Shown here: positions 55,053-63,806 of the stretch, piece by piece
Layout: every line of letters starts with the position of its first letter
Numbering within the stretch: the first letter of the stretch is position 1
DNA from: a virus
Virus record (IMG/VR): IMGVR_UViG_3300008952_002707
Coordinates: 7,183 to 71,182 of that record
Length of the DNA: 64,000 nucleotides
Reading direction: 5' to 3' (one strand)
Made by a program: the position numbers and the translations under genes
The notes under the pieces: generated by a model
Told to the model about the DNA's origin: nothing
Database searches by the model: none
Seen by the model: only the letters and a program-made list of their open reading frames with translations

Positions 55053-57773
55053 ATGGCTATGCAAGTAAGATCTTTTAGAGACACCCTTCGAATGGTCGAC
55101 GCTGATTTGATAGGAATAAAGCGCCGTACGAACAATACTAGTAACTATCACCCTATGGTACGTCATGATTGGGGGACTGAAGACAAGATCCGGGGCTCCT
55201 TAGGGCGATACTATACTGTTTATGAAAGCAGCCGGGGTACCGCGCTTGTAAGTTACGCAGGAGCACTCCGCGGACTACGTGAGGGAGCCAACCCCGCCAG
55301 CGGTTGGGAGGACCATGCCGGCTCGAACAATTATGAGCCGCGCCTAGGCGGTAACCATCGTCTAAGGGGACAGCTAAATGGACCCAATGATGGTACCAAT
55401 ATAATTTTTGATTATGAAGTTATAAGATATGCCGGCACCGATCGGCGCTGGCATGTCCGCGGACATGCCGGCACCGACTTCGCCCCGATCCTGAGACTAT
55501 CTTCCTCGGTGGCTGCCTGGAACGCATATCAATCTCGGAATGCGGCATCCACGGACTTTATCGGAGGCTATAACGGCATGGGTCGGTACGTAAAAGACGG
55601 TTTTAACGTAGGAAGGACGACATATGCGCCACTTGTTGATAATTCTATTTATTATGACCATACTTGTTACCTCTATAACCTATCAGCTGATAAACAGACG
55701 CGACTAGCGAGCGGAGTAAACCTTCGGGTAGAGCCCATTTATAATTATTATCCTGCGACGACTCCTCCGTATGAGATAGTAATTGGCAGCAGTCCCCAGG
55801 TTCAAGAGTACTACCTTCCCAATGTGTACTACCTCCAGAGTGAGTTACACAACACATCAAGCGCACTTTTAGCACAGTATCATCTTCCAGCGTTGACTCT
55901 TAATGAAAGGGTACCCTGGTTTGTTATTTCCAATCAGCAGACGGTCACGGAAGCTAATATTGGGAGATATTATGATATGTATGCCGAAGGGCTTCAAGAT
56001 GTATTAGAGGATACATCCGAACTACAGCTTCTGGACACAAATTTAGAGAAGAACAATAAAAACTTTGTTGTTCTATACTCCGATCTTGGAGCACTAAAGG
56101 AAGATCGGATAGATACAACTACGATTCCATTTTATAATAAGCTTATTTTGGGGTATGATATAGATCTAAGAGCTGGCAAGGAGGAACACATTTCTATCTT
56201 GCAACAACTTTATAACGATTCTGACACGAAAGATTTTATTAATTTGCTCCAAATGGCAACCGTACTTAAACTCACGACAGCGGCAGCAGAAACTATTCAG
56301 GCTCCATTTACAACAACACGCCGGACGGTTCTGAGCGCCGAAGATGCTAGCCAATGGAACTACGAAACCTCTACACAAGATTATAATGTTTTATACGATT
56401 TGGAAGACCTATTGAACAACATGATTACCAACAATGACGCTGTGACCTTGGCCGACATGATCAATAACTTCTCGACCTTTAATCCGAATGTACAGTATAA
56501 CGGGCTTGACTTGGACTCGCTTCCCTTTCGACTTATTAGAGACTATCAGCTTTCAGAGGACCAGCTAGATTCTAATGCGGTGCATGCTGAAAATGCCGAA
56601 AATGATATGTTTAGTGTGGAGGGTTCTCCTTCCGCAGTCTCCCGCGTACTGAAAACTTTTGAAGAGGTATTAGAGACTACTCCGTGCCATTCAGAAACTC
56701 TTATGTATATAATAAAAAAGAAAACGGCTCCGGACGCCGCACCGATACAAACTTTTTACGTCGCAGCGAATTTTAGAAGTAGTACCCCAACGATGTATTA
56801 TGACACTCAAGTAAAATATAATGTTCCTTATTATTACGAGATCGACCGAGTTGTGCTTCTTTTTGGAAATGAATATCGGTACGTGGATTCCACTGCGCAC
56901 GTGGCAGGTGCCACAGCGACGGGCACCGCAGACCTCTTCTTCTACAATTCGCCCAGTATTAAGGCAGTCGTGGTGCCATATGTAAGCGGTGACATTGAGT
57001 CTATCATTCTGGACAAGCCTCCGGTCCCCCCCGAAATTTCTTTTTATCCTCTCAAGGGAATAAACAATAAGGTTCAAATTCTATTAAACTCCAGTACGGG
57101 ACAGCTAGAGTCCAAACCGGTGACTATTTTACCCACTGACAGCCAATTCTTTTTGGATGAATATAAATCTCAAACCGGAGAACAAGACATTACATTTAAT
57201 CAAATGGTCGAGGGAGAGAAAAAAATCGAGTTCCGCTCCGATGACCCCGTCGATGCCTATCAGTTATTTAAAATTGATAATCTCCCTGCGTCTTATGCGT
57301 CTTTCTCTAATGGTCTTATTTATATTGATCCCGCACGAGGCGTAGGCGGATACCTTAGTGACACGATTGAGCCAAATAAAAAATACTACTATTGTGCGCG
57401 CGCCGTGGATATTCATAACAATATCTCCAATCCGAGCCACATTTACGAAATCGAAATGGTGGACAATAATGGGCAGATTTTTCTGAAACAGAAGGTATTT
57501 ACTTATGAATCAGCGGTACACCAATATAGCAAATCTGGAAGAAGGCTAATTTATATTGAGCCAAGTTTGCAACAAAAGGTTTTTACCCGCCCGGACGAGG
57601 CTGGAAACCCTGGAGTTAATAATTTGCCGACCTTTAATATTTTGGGCGCCCAGGACGTCGATACGGTCTGGCAAAAATCTTTCAGAGTGAGAGTTACAAG
57701 CAAAAAGACAGGACGAAAAGTAGACCTAAATCTTACATTTAAGAATTCAGGGATACTAAATCCAAGCGAATAA
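55053..57773 (+). CDS. Virion structural protein with C-terminal FN3/Ig-like domains
   Basis: YYDTQVKYNVPYYY, DKPPVPPE, KKYYYCARAVDIHNNISNPS. Confidence 0.6.
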   Translation: MAMQVRSFRDTLRMVDADLIGIKRRTNNTSNYHPMVRHDWGTEDKIRGSLGRYYTVYESSRGTALVSYAGALRGLREGANPASGWEDHAGSNNYEPRLGGNHRLRGQLNGPNDGTNIIFDYEVIRYAGTDRRWHVRGHAGTDFAPILRLSSSVAAWNAYQSRNAASTDFIGGYNGMGRYVKDGFNVGRTTYAPLVDNSIYYDHTCYLYNLSADKQTRLASGVNLRVEPIYNYYPATTPPYEIVIGSSPQVQEYYLPNVYYLQSELHNTSSALLAQYHLPALTLNERVPWFVISNQQTVTEANIGRYYDMYAEGLQDVLEDTSELQLLDTNLEKNNKNFVVLYSDLGALKEDRIDTTTIPFYNKLILGYDIDLRAGKEEHISILQQLYNDSDTKDFINLLQMATVLKLTTAAAETIQAPFTTTRRTVLSAEDASQWNYETSTQDYNVLYDLEDLLNNMITNNDAVTLADMINNFSTFNPNVQYNGLDLDSLPFRLIRDYQLSEDQLDSNAVHAENAENDMFSVEGSPSAVSRVLKTFEEVLETTPCHSETLMYIIKKKTAPDAAPIQTFYVAANFRSSTPTMYYDTQVKYNVPYYYEIDRVVLLFGNEYRYVDSTAHVAGATATGTADLFFYNSPSIKAVVVPYVSGDIESIILDKPPVPPEISFYPLKGINNKVQILLNSSTGQLESKPVTILPTDSQFFLDEYKSQTGEQDITFNQMVEGEKKIEFRSDDPVDAYQLFKIDNLPASYASFSNGLIYIDPARGVGGYLSDTIEPNKKYYYCARAVDIHNNISNPSHIYEIEMVDNNGQIFLKQKVFTYESAVHQYSKSGRRLIYIEPSLQQKVFTRPDEAGNPGVNNLPTFNILGAQDVDTVWQKSFRVRVTSKKTGRKVDLNLTFKNSGILNPSE
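55429..55477. repeat. Direct-inverted-direct repeat containing a perfect 20-bp palindrome (GGCATGTCCGCGGACATGCC, 55450-55469)
   Basis: ATGCCGGCACCGA at 55429 and 55465, with a degenerate inverted copy at 55442-55454. Confidence 0.85.
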
Positions 57774-57784
57774 AGTTATTTAAT

Positions 57785-57794
57785 ACTATTTATA
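57785..57794 (+). promoter_or_regulatory. Candidate phage late promoter element ACTATTTATA
   Basis: AT-rich intergenic gap before GAGG and ATG 57811; similar element at 62580 and 27227. Confidence 0.45.
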
Positions 57795-57810
57795 TGAAGA
57801 GGACAACAAC

Positions 57811-58752
57811 ATGGGATTCTTAGACAACTCAGGCGACATTATTTTGGACGCTGTTTTAACCGACTTAGGCAGAAAAAGGCTAGCCGAGGGAAATGGTAGA
57901 TTTCGAATAGATAAGTTCGCCTTTGGCGATGACGAAATCAACTATGGATTATACGATAAGAATAATACAAGCGGATCCGCGTATTATGACATCAGCATCC
58001 TTCAGACTCCGGTGCTGGAGGCTTTCACTAACAACATGTCGAGCATGAAGTCGCGACTTATTTCTTATACAGAAAATGATCTACTTTATCTTCCCGTCAT
58101 TAACGTGAGAAATTCAGGCGACGCCGCAGTCTATAGCGGAACTCCTGCCACGCGCATGGTTTTGGTCGACGAGACTACTGTTAACGCATTGACTGATGGA
58201 GGTAATACTCTGGACGCTGGATTGTTAAATGGTAACCAGCCAAATCTTGGTACAAACATAATTTCCGCGGACCAGGGACTCGACACTAGCGAATTGTCCC
58301 CAAACTCAACAATTGATCCCATGTTACTGGAAACCCAGTATTTCGTGCAGATAGACAATCGTCTGGGGAATATAGTTTCCTACTTAGGGTCCTCCACATC
58401 AGATGCATATACTCCAACGTCTGTAGACGATGATAACATTGCTACATACATTTTTACTGACGGTGATGGGTCAGGCGCCGTGACGCCGGTCGAGAATGAC
58501 GCTGCGTCATCAATTGTCGGACCCCGCGGAACACGAATCTCATTTAAGGTCGCCTCCGGTCTAGATTTAAAAACAGGGACGTTCCTCTTTACTCAGCTCG
58601 GTTCTCAGGGCATCACCGCAATAACCAGCGGCACCGGCGATCCCCTGGCAGCGGCAGACTATAAATTTATTGATTCGACGATTAGGATCTCGGGGATCAC
58701 GACTGGGTACACCCTAGACATTCCTATTCGCTTTGTCAAGAAGATTACTTAG
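57811..58752 (+). CDS. Virion structural (baseplate/tail-fibre attachment) protein
   Basis: MGFLDNSGDIILDAVLTDLGRKRLAEG...FAFGDDEINY resembles a tail-fibre-base LTxxG...GD motif. Confidence 0.6.
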   Translation: MGFLDNSGDIILDAVLTDLGRKRLAEGNGRFRIDKFAFGDDEINYGLYDKNNTSGSAYYDISILQTPVLEAFTNNMSSMKSRLISYTENDLLYLPVINVRNSGDAAVYSGTPATRMVLVDETTVNALTDGGNTLDAGLLNGNQPNLGTNIISADQGLDTSELSPNSTIDPMLLETQYFVQIDNRLGNIVSYLGSSTSDAYTPTSVDDDNIATYIFTDGDGSGAVTPVENDAASSIVGPRGTRISFKVASGLDLKTGTFLFTQLGSQGITAITSGTGDPLAAADYKFIDSTIRISGITTGYTLDIPIRFVKKIT

Positions 58753-58765
58753 AAGGATATAAGAA

Positions 58766-59911
58766 ATGGCCACATCGTTTAAAACATTCGACCCCGGAAA
58801 AGATTCCGTTATAACAAGAAACCTGCTTCATGAGGCAATCCCGATCACGGGAACCATCGTGTCCGGCACATACGCCGAAGGAAATATTAAAAACTATTCC
58901 CACGGAATGTTCCAGTCGGTATATGACTATCCTTATCTGAGTTCGTCTGCTAACCACATTATTGACTTGAGCGTTGGATATGCAGCAGCTTCTTCTTATT
59001 CACGATCCTACGGCACTACAAGCCAACAGAAAAAGAAAATTAATCTTTACAATGAAATGGCACAGGTACTAGCCGGCTTCGATGAAAACGGAGCCCTGCG
59101 TCGCTTTGATGAGGATGGTGATCTTACAGGCGGAGACAAAATCAATAACGCTTTCTTTATTAACCTTACAAGGCTTCTTTCTAAGGATGAAATTAAGAAG
59201 GGAAGCTTTTCCCTCACACTTGGGGTGGGTACCCCGGGCTCTGCGGGATACCTAGTTACCTCCGGATCCGACGGGAAAGGAGGAGTCTTCGGCGGCGACC
59301 TTACAATTACTGATAAGAGTGGCTCGAATGGATATAAAGTAAATTCTCCAGCCGGAGAGTATGGAATTCTCTATGCTACTGGTTCTGGAAATACATGGAA
59401 CCAGTCTGCCGGCGGCTATAATGCCCGATGGGATCGTGGCTATGCTAAAGTGGGCTTACTTTACTATCAAGCCGGCATCGCCGTAATAACGTCGTCTGTG
59501 TTTGGTAGTCTCCTTTCCTCTTCGGTGAGTATGAGCCGCACTGAGGGTGTTGGGACACATGCTAGTGCCAGCGTTGTGGGAACAATGATCACGAGTTCCA
59601 TCTCGGGTAACTGCGATAACTTCCGTCATCGCTTTAAGAATCTTTCGTTCAACAACACGACCGAGCTTAATTCAACGGTTTATTTCTGCCGCGCGAACAA
59701 CACTGATTTTAATTACTCGGCTAACCCGACGTACTTAAGTGCCAGCAAGATGGTTGTAAAGAACAACTCGCAAGATGTTCCAGTGTCTTACATGACAACT
59801 GTTGGGCTCTATTCTGCAGACAATGAATTGTTAGCAGTCGCAAAGCTTTCGGAACCGCTCAAGAAAGATCCAACTACGGAGTTCACTGTTAGAGTTCGAC
59901 TGGACTACTAA
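58766..59911 (+). CDS. Virion structural protein (paralog of 59932-61164)
   Basis: EIKKGSF, GLLYYQAG, FNYSANPT, YMTTVGLY...NELLAVAKLSEPLKK...VRLDY. Confidence 0.65.
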   Translation: MATSFKTFDPGKDSVITRNLLHEAIPITGTIVSGTYAEGNIKNYSHGMFQSVYDYPYLSSSANHIIDLSVGYAAASSYSRSYGTTSQQKKKINLYNEMAQVLAGFDENGALRRFDEDGDLTGGDKINNAFFINLTRLLSKDEIKKGSFSLTLGVGTPGSAGYLVTSGSDGKGGVFGGDLTITDKSGSNGYKVNSPAGEYGILYATGSGNTWNQSAGGYNARWDRGYAKVGLLYYQAGIAVITSSVFGSLLSSSVSMSRTEGVGTHASASVVGTMITSSISGNCDNFRHRFKNLSFNNTTELNSTVYFCRANNTDFNYSANPTYLSASKMVVKNNSQDVPVSYMTTVGLYSADNELLAVAKLSEPLKKDPTTEFTVRVRLDY

Positions 59912-59931
59912 AGTGTTAAAACGGTCATGTT

Positions 59932-61164
59932 ATGCCTTACTACAAGTTTAACAGGAACGATGTCTACAATAACACTCTTGTAACCTACCCTAGTGTTAAA
60001 TTTGTAGTTTATAGCGGATCTGCATTCTATAATAATACTCCTAATATATCAGGAGCCTTCGCAGACCCAATCCGGCTCACCGACGCTGGGCACCTGTCAC
60101 TTTATGAACTGAATGTCGATCGCGTTAGTGCATCGACTAATCGATGGATTGGACCGCGCAGCCCGTCCGAAGATCAAGAGGTTGTTAATAATGGTTTAAT
60201 TTACTCTTATGTTGTTAAAAATGGATCTAGAATTGATTATCGAACATCTACAGAAGCGTCGTTCAACAATTCGAATTATGGAGACATAATAACAAGCGCG
60301 TATCCGTATACCTCCAGCATCTCTAAGCAACTTTATAAGACCTCAACTGTACGAAGTGGGAGTTCTTACGTGTCTTACTTGATGGCCCTGAAAAACACCA
60401 TAAACTATTATCGATATATCAGCCCACAGTTCCAATATTCTTCGTCGGTTCGAGATTTTAACCTGGTTGAAGTGGGGTTGGTTAACATTCCTACTATTTT
60501 TTATGGCTCCGGAATCAAGAAGGGCACCGTAGACTTAAAGTACTATATCACCGGTACAATGATTGCGCGCGCACAAGATAAGAATAGAGACGGCGTCTTA
60601 TACTCCACCTATGGTGTGGGCTCAGGATCTGCAATTGGACTGGCTCTCTATAGTGAGGGCTTCCTGATATTGACAGCCTCTGACAGCCTCTCAGCAACAA
60701 CTATGGATTTTTATACTGGTTCGGCAGTTCTGGCAGGAGACCCGGGCGCCCCTCCTAAATGGACTTACTTTGCACAGTCAATATCGGGGACGGTGACTGC
60801 CCCAAGTTCTTCGTTTGAGATGAAGATGAGCGGGACGTCACAGGTGAGCACCGTGACAATGTTTGCTACCGCTCCCAAAGGACATATAAACCAGTCGAAT
60901 AATCCTACCTGGGTTCGGTACTCCGCAGGCAATTTTGCCGGAACGGGATCTAAGGCTTATCGGGAAAACTCTCAGCGCTTGATCAAAAATGTAGTTAGCT
61001 CTGCATATGCTGATCCAACCGGATCTTTTGAAAAGACTACGTACATTTCCAAGGTCGGTATTTACGACAAGGAGAAGAATTTGATCGGTATTGCAAAACT
61101 TGCCACTCCTGTAAAAAAGACCGCTGCACGCGACATGACATTTAAAATTAAGCTAGATATTTGA
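59932..61164 (+). CDS. Virion structural protein (paralog of 58766-59911)
   Basis: GIKKGTV, GLALYSEG, NQSNNPT, YISKVGIY...NLIGIAKLATPVKK...IKLDI. Confidence 0.65.
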   Translation: MPYYKFNRNDVYNNTLVTYPSVKFVVYSGSAFYNNTPNISGAFADPIRLTDAGHLSLYELNVDRVSASTNRWIGPRSPSEDQEVVNNGLIYSYVVKNGSRIDYRTSTEASFNNSNYGDIITSAYPYTSSISKQLYKTSTVRSGSSYVSYLMALKNTINYYRYISPQFQYSSSVRDFNLVEVGLVNIPTIFYGSGIKKGTVDLKYYITGTMIARAQDKNRDGVLYSTYGVGSGSAIGLALYSEGFLILTASDSLSATTMDFYTGSAVLAGDPGAPPKWTYFAQSISGTVTAPSSSFEMKMSGTSQVSTVTMFATAPKGHINQSNNPTWVRYSAGNFAGTGSKAYRENSQRLIKNVVSSAYADPTGSFEKTTYISKVGIYDKEKNLIGIAKLATPVKKTAARDMTFKIKLDI

Positions 61165-61170
61165 TATTAT
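61142..61170 (+). promoter_or_regulatory. Possible extended -10 sigma70 promoter for the ruvC/primase genes
   Basis: TTAAAA-N17-TATTAT with TGn extension; ATG follows 6 nt later, so the mRNA would be leaderless. Confidence 0.3.
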
Positions 61171-61176
61171 AACAAC

Positions 61177-61710
61177 ATGATATTAGGACTAGACATCTCA
61201 ACCAGCATAACTGGCTATACAGTATTAGATTATGAAGGCAAGATCCTTGCCTGCGACCATATCGATTTACGAAAAGAAAAAGACTTCTTCAAGAAAATAC
61301 AAATTGTAAATTCTCAGCTGGAAGCAATAAACGACGAGTACGAGATTGAGCAGGTATATGTTGAGCAGTCCCTTCAATCCTTTCGCTCCGGATTCTCCTC
61401 TGCCCAGACCTTATCGCTTTTGTCAAAAATAAATGGCATTGTTTCGTGGTTATGTTATAATATGTTTTACGGCGAACCCAAGTATCTCGCCGCCACATCC
61501 GCTCGCAAGCTCTGCGGTATCAGGATACCTAAGGGACAGAAAGCAAAAAAGGTTTCTTTGCAGTTTGTTATTGACAACGTACCCGGTTTTGAGATACAAT
61601 ATACTAGACATGGAAATCCCAAGGCTGGTTATGCTGACCGGTCCGATAGCTATGTGATTGCAAAGGCAGGCTGGATACGTGAAAGAGAAGAAGCTAAAGA
61701 TACTAACTAA
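61177..61710 (+). CDS. RuvC-like Holliday junction resolvase
   Basis: ILGLDISTSITG, YVEQ, DRSDSYVIA. Confidence 0.85.
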   Translation: MILGLDISTSITGYTVLDYEGKILACDHIDLRKEKDFFKKIQIVNSQLEAINDEYEIEQVYVEQSLQSFRSGFSSAQTLSLLSKINGIVSWLCYNMFYGEPKYLAATSARKLCGIRIPKGQKAKKVSLQFVIDNVPGFEIQYTRHGNPKAGYADRSDSYVIAKAGWIREREEAKDTN

Positions 61711-62614
61711 TGTGTTGGGGCCCGGCTATCGGACCAACAATGAGTATCTTTTTAAATGCCCCTACTGCGAACATCACAAGCGCAAGTTCTCTGTAAATTT
61801 AGATAAAGGTTACTATAAATGCTGGGTGTGTGACACCCGGGGCAAGAATATCTATCGTGTCGTTCGCCGTTTTGGCACGAACCACGACAAGTCGCAGTGG
61901 CGCGACTTCACTTCCGAGATTGATTTTGATCAATTGGAAGATCTGTTCGCCGAGAAAATAGAAGAAAAACAAATACTTGAGATGCCCGAAGGGTTTGTCT
62001 CTCTGGCAAACAGGGGCATGCCCCCCACCGGATTCGCCGCAATGAACTACCTACGACAGCGTGGTATCACCAAGCAAGATATTGTTTGGTGGAAGATGGG
62101 CTACTGCAGCAAGGGAGAATATGAAGGTAGGATCATAATTCCATCGTTTGATGACGAAGGGGATCTAAGTTATTTTGTATCCCGATCTTATGATAGATCC
62201 TATTATCCTAAGTATAAGAACCCTCCGGCAAGCCGTAATATTATATTCAACGATTTGTTTGTGGATTGGAGTTCGGATATTATCCTGGTCGAAGGGATTT
62301 TTGATGCGATTAATGCAGGTCGTAACGCGGTCCCTATTCTCGGTTCTACGCTAAATGAAAACTCCGTCTTGCTTCGCAAGATCGTTAAAGAGGACGCTGG
62401 AGTGTATGTTGCACTCGACCCGGACGCAACGAAGAAAGAGCTTGAGATTATAAAGACTTTGTTGGATTTTGACATTGAAGTCTGGAAGGTAAACATCGGT
62501 GATAACGAAGACGTTGGCTCGATGAAAAAGGAACAATTCCAGAAATGCTTGGAAAATGCGACGCTTATCACCCCGGACAACTATTTATTGTTGACGCTTG
62601 CCATGTCCGTCTAG
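61679..62614 (+). CDS. DNA primase (zinc finger plus TOPRIM, T4 gp61/DnaG-like)
   Basis: CPYC...CWVC, YLRQRGI, RIIIP, KYKNP, VEGIFDA, ALDPD; likely GTG start at 61679. Confidence 0.9.
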   Translation: MKEKKLKILTNVLGPGYRTNNEYLFKCPYCEHHKRKFSVNLDKGYYKCWVCDTRGKNIYRVVRRFGTNHDKSQWRDFTSEIDFDQLEDLFAEKIEEKQILEMPEGFVSLANRGMPPTGFAAMNYLRQRGITKQDIVWWKMGYCSKGEYEGRIIIPSFDDEGDLSYFVSRSYDRSYYPKYKNPPASRNIIFNDLFVDWSSDIILVEGIFDAINAGRNAVPILGSTLNENSVLLRKIVKEDAGVYVALDPDATKKELEIIKTLLDFDIEVWKVNIGDNEDVGSMKKEQFQKCLENATLITPDNYLLLTLAMSV

Positions 62615-62621
62615 GAGCCCA

Positions 62622-63095
62622 ATGAAAATCTCAACCGCCCGATTAAAGCAAATCATCAAGGAGGAACTCTTTTATCGAGAGTTTCATCGCGAAGGTCACG
62701 AACTACAAGAAGCAGAAAAAGCCAAGGATGAGAGGATCTCACGAAAGATCGCATACCTTGTGGATAAAGAAGGGAAGCCCCGTGATCAGGCTGTCGCAAT
62801 CGCTCATTCCATGGAAGAGCGCGGAGATCTAGAGGAAAACGATGAAAGCCTAGGCGCCTTTTTAGATGGACTCAAGGGGGAAAAGGCGCGCCGAGCGCAC
62901 ATGAAGACCATCCCCCCTGAGGATCGCACTACTGCCGGCACACAAAACTTAGATCACCTTGACCCAGAAGGCGACCCGGAGGAGAAATTTTTTGGGCACA
63001 AGGTGGATCCCGATGACGTAGGGCTCCAAACAATGAATTTTACGCCCGATCAGATGAAGAGACTTCGAGAACTTATGAGCAGGAAAAACAAATGA
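62622..63095 (+). CDS. Leader-bearing small protein (MKISTARLKQIIKEEL), putative head-internal protein
   Basis: AGGAG SD then ATG 62622; contains a GKPRDQAVAIAHS motif. Confidence 0.7.
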   Translation: MKISTARLKQIIKEELFYREFHREGHELQEAEKAKDERISRKIAYLVDKEGKPRDQAVAIAHSMEERGDLEENDESLGAFLDGLKGEKARRAHMKTIPPEDRTTAGTQNLDHLDPEGDPEEKFFGHKVDPDDVGLQTMNFTPDQMKRLRELMSRKNK

Positions 63096-63445
63096 AAATC
63101 ACCAAACAAAGACTAAAAGAGATCATCAAGGAAGAATTATCCGAGGCGACCGAAGCAAGTATTCGTGCAGATCTAGACCGACCAGCGGGGGTGCCCAGAT
63201 CTCCAGAAGAAATGAACACTTTTGAGATGAGCGTTGATGAGCTAGCGACCCTGGCCAAAAAAGGTCTCAGACAAGTGGACGCCGGACTTTTAGATATCGG
63301 CAGCGCCCAAGCCCGCCTCGTTGAACAGCACGATGCCGGCGAGTTTGTTCATCTTAAGACCCAGGTCAACGAACTTTATAGGCTCCTGGACTTACTCGGA
63401 GAAAGCTTCACAATCGCTCTAGGAAGATATGAGGAAAGACGATGA
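63092..63445 (+). CDS. Leader-bearing small protein (MKITKQRLKEIIKEEL)
   Basis: ATGA overlap; AGGA upstream. Confidence 0.75.
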   Translation: MKITKQRLKEIIKEELSEATEASIRADLDRPAGVPRSPEEMNTFEMSVDELATLAKKGLRQVDAGLLDIGSAQARLVEQHDAGEFVHLKTQVNELYRLLDLLGESFTIALGRYEERR

Positions 63446-63466
63446 AAATCACCAAACAAAGACTAA
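63092..63466 (+). repeat. Identical 25-nt gene starts ATGAAAATCACCAAACAAAGACTAA at 63092-63116 and 63442-63466
   Basis: Read directly. Confidence 0.92.
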
Positions 63467-63738
63467 GAGAAATTATAAGAGAAGAGCTTCGAGAGGGCTC
63501 TCGCGAAGATATGATGATGCCTGCCATTTCGCAGGCTGACTTCGATGATGCCATGGCAACCGACGACGAAAAGTTCACAGGTGGTACACACGAAGAGCGG
63601 CTGCTTACGCTTATTAAAGCAAGAGAACTTCTTGCGGCAATGAGTAAAGAAGAACTGGAAGAACTCAGTCTTAGCCTAGACGGCGAGACTGTTGCTGCAC
63701 TTCGCCACCTTCTCGCCAACCCGATGTATCGCGATTAA
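63442..63738 (+). CDS. Leader-bearing small protein (MKITKQRLREIIREEL)
   Basis: ATGA overlap; GAGG upstream. Confidence 0.75.
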   Translation: MKITKQRLREIIREELREGSREDMMMPAISQADFDDAMATDDEKFTGGTHEERLLTLIKARELLAAMSKEELEELSLSLDGETVAALRHLLANPMYRD

Positions 63739-63752
63739 TATAAAAATAACAC

Positions 63753-63780
63753 TTGACACCACCTACACATCCTGTATACT
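63753..63780 (+). promoter_or_regulatory. Sigma70-type promoter
   Basis: TTGACA-N16-TATACT with an AT-rich upstream element and AGGGGA SD downstream. Confidence 0.75.
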
Positions 63781-63806
63781 AGTATCATAGCTTAGGGGAT
63801 AACTAC

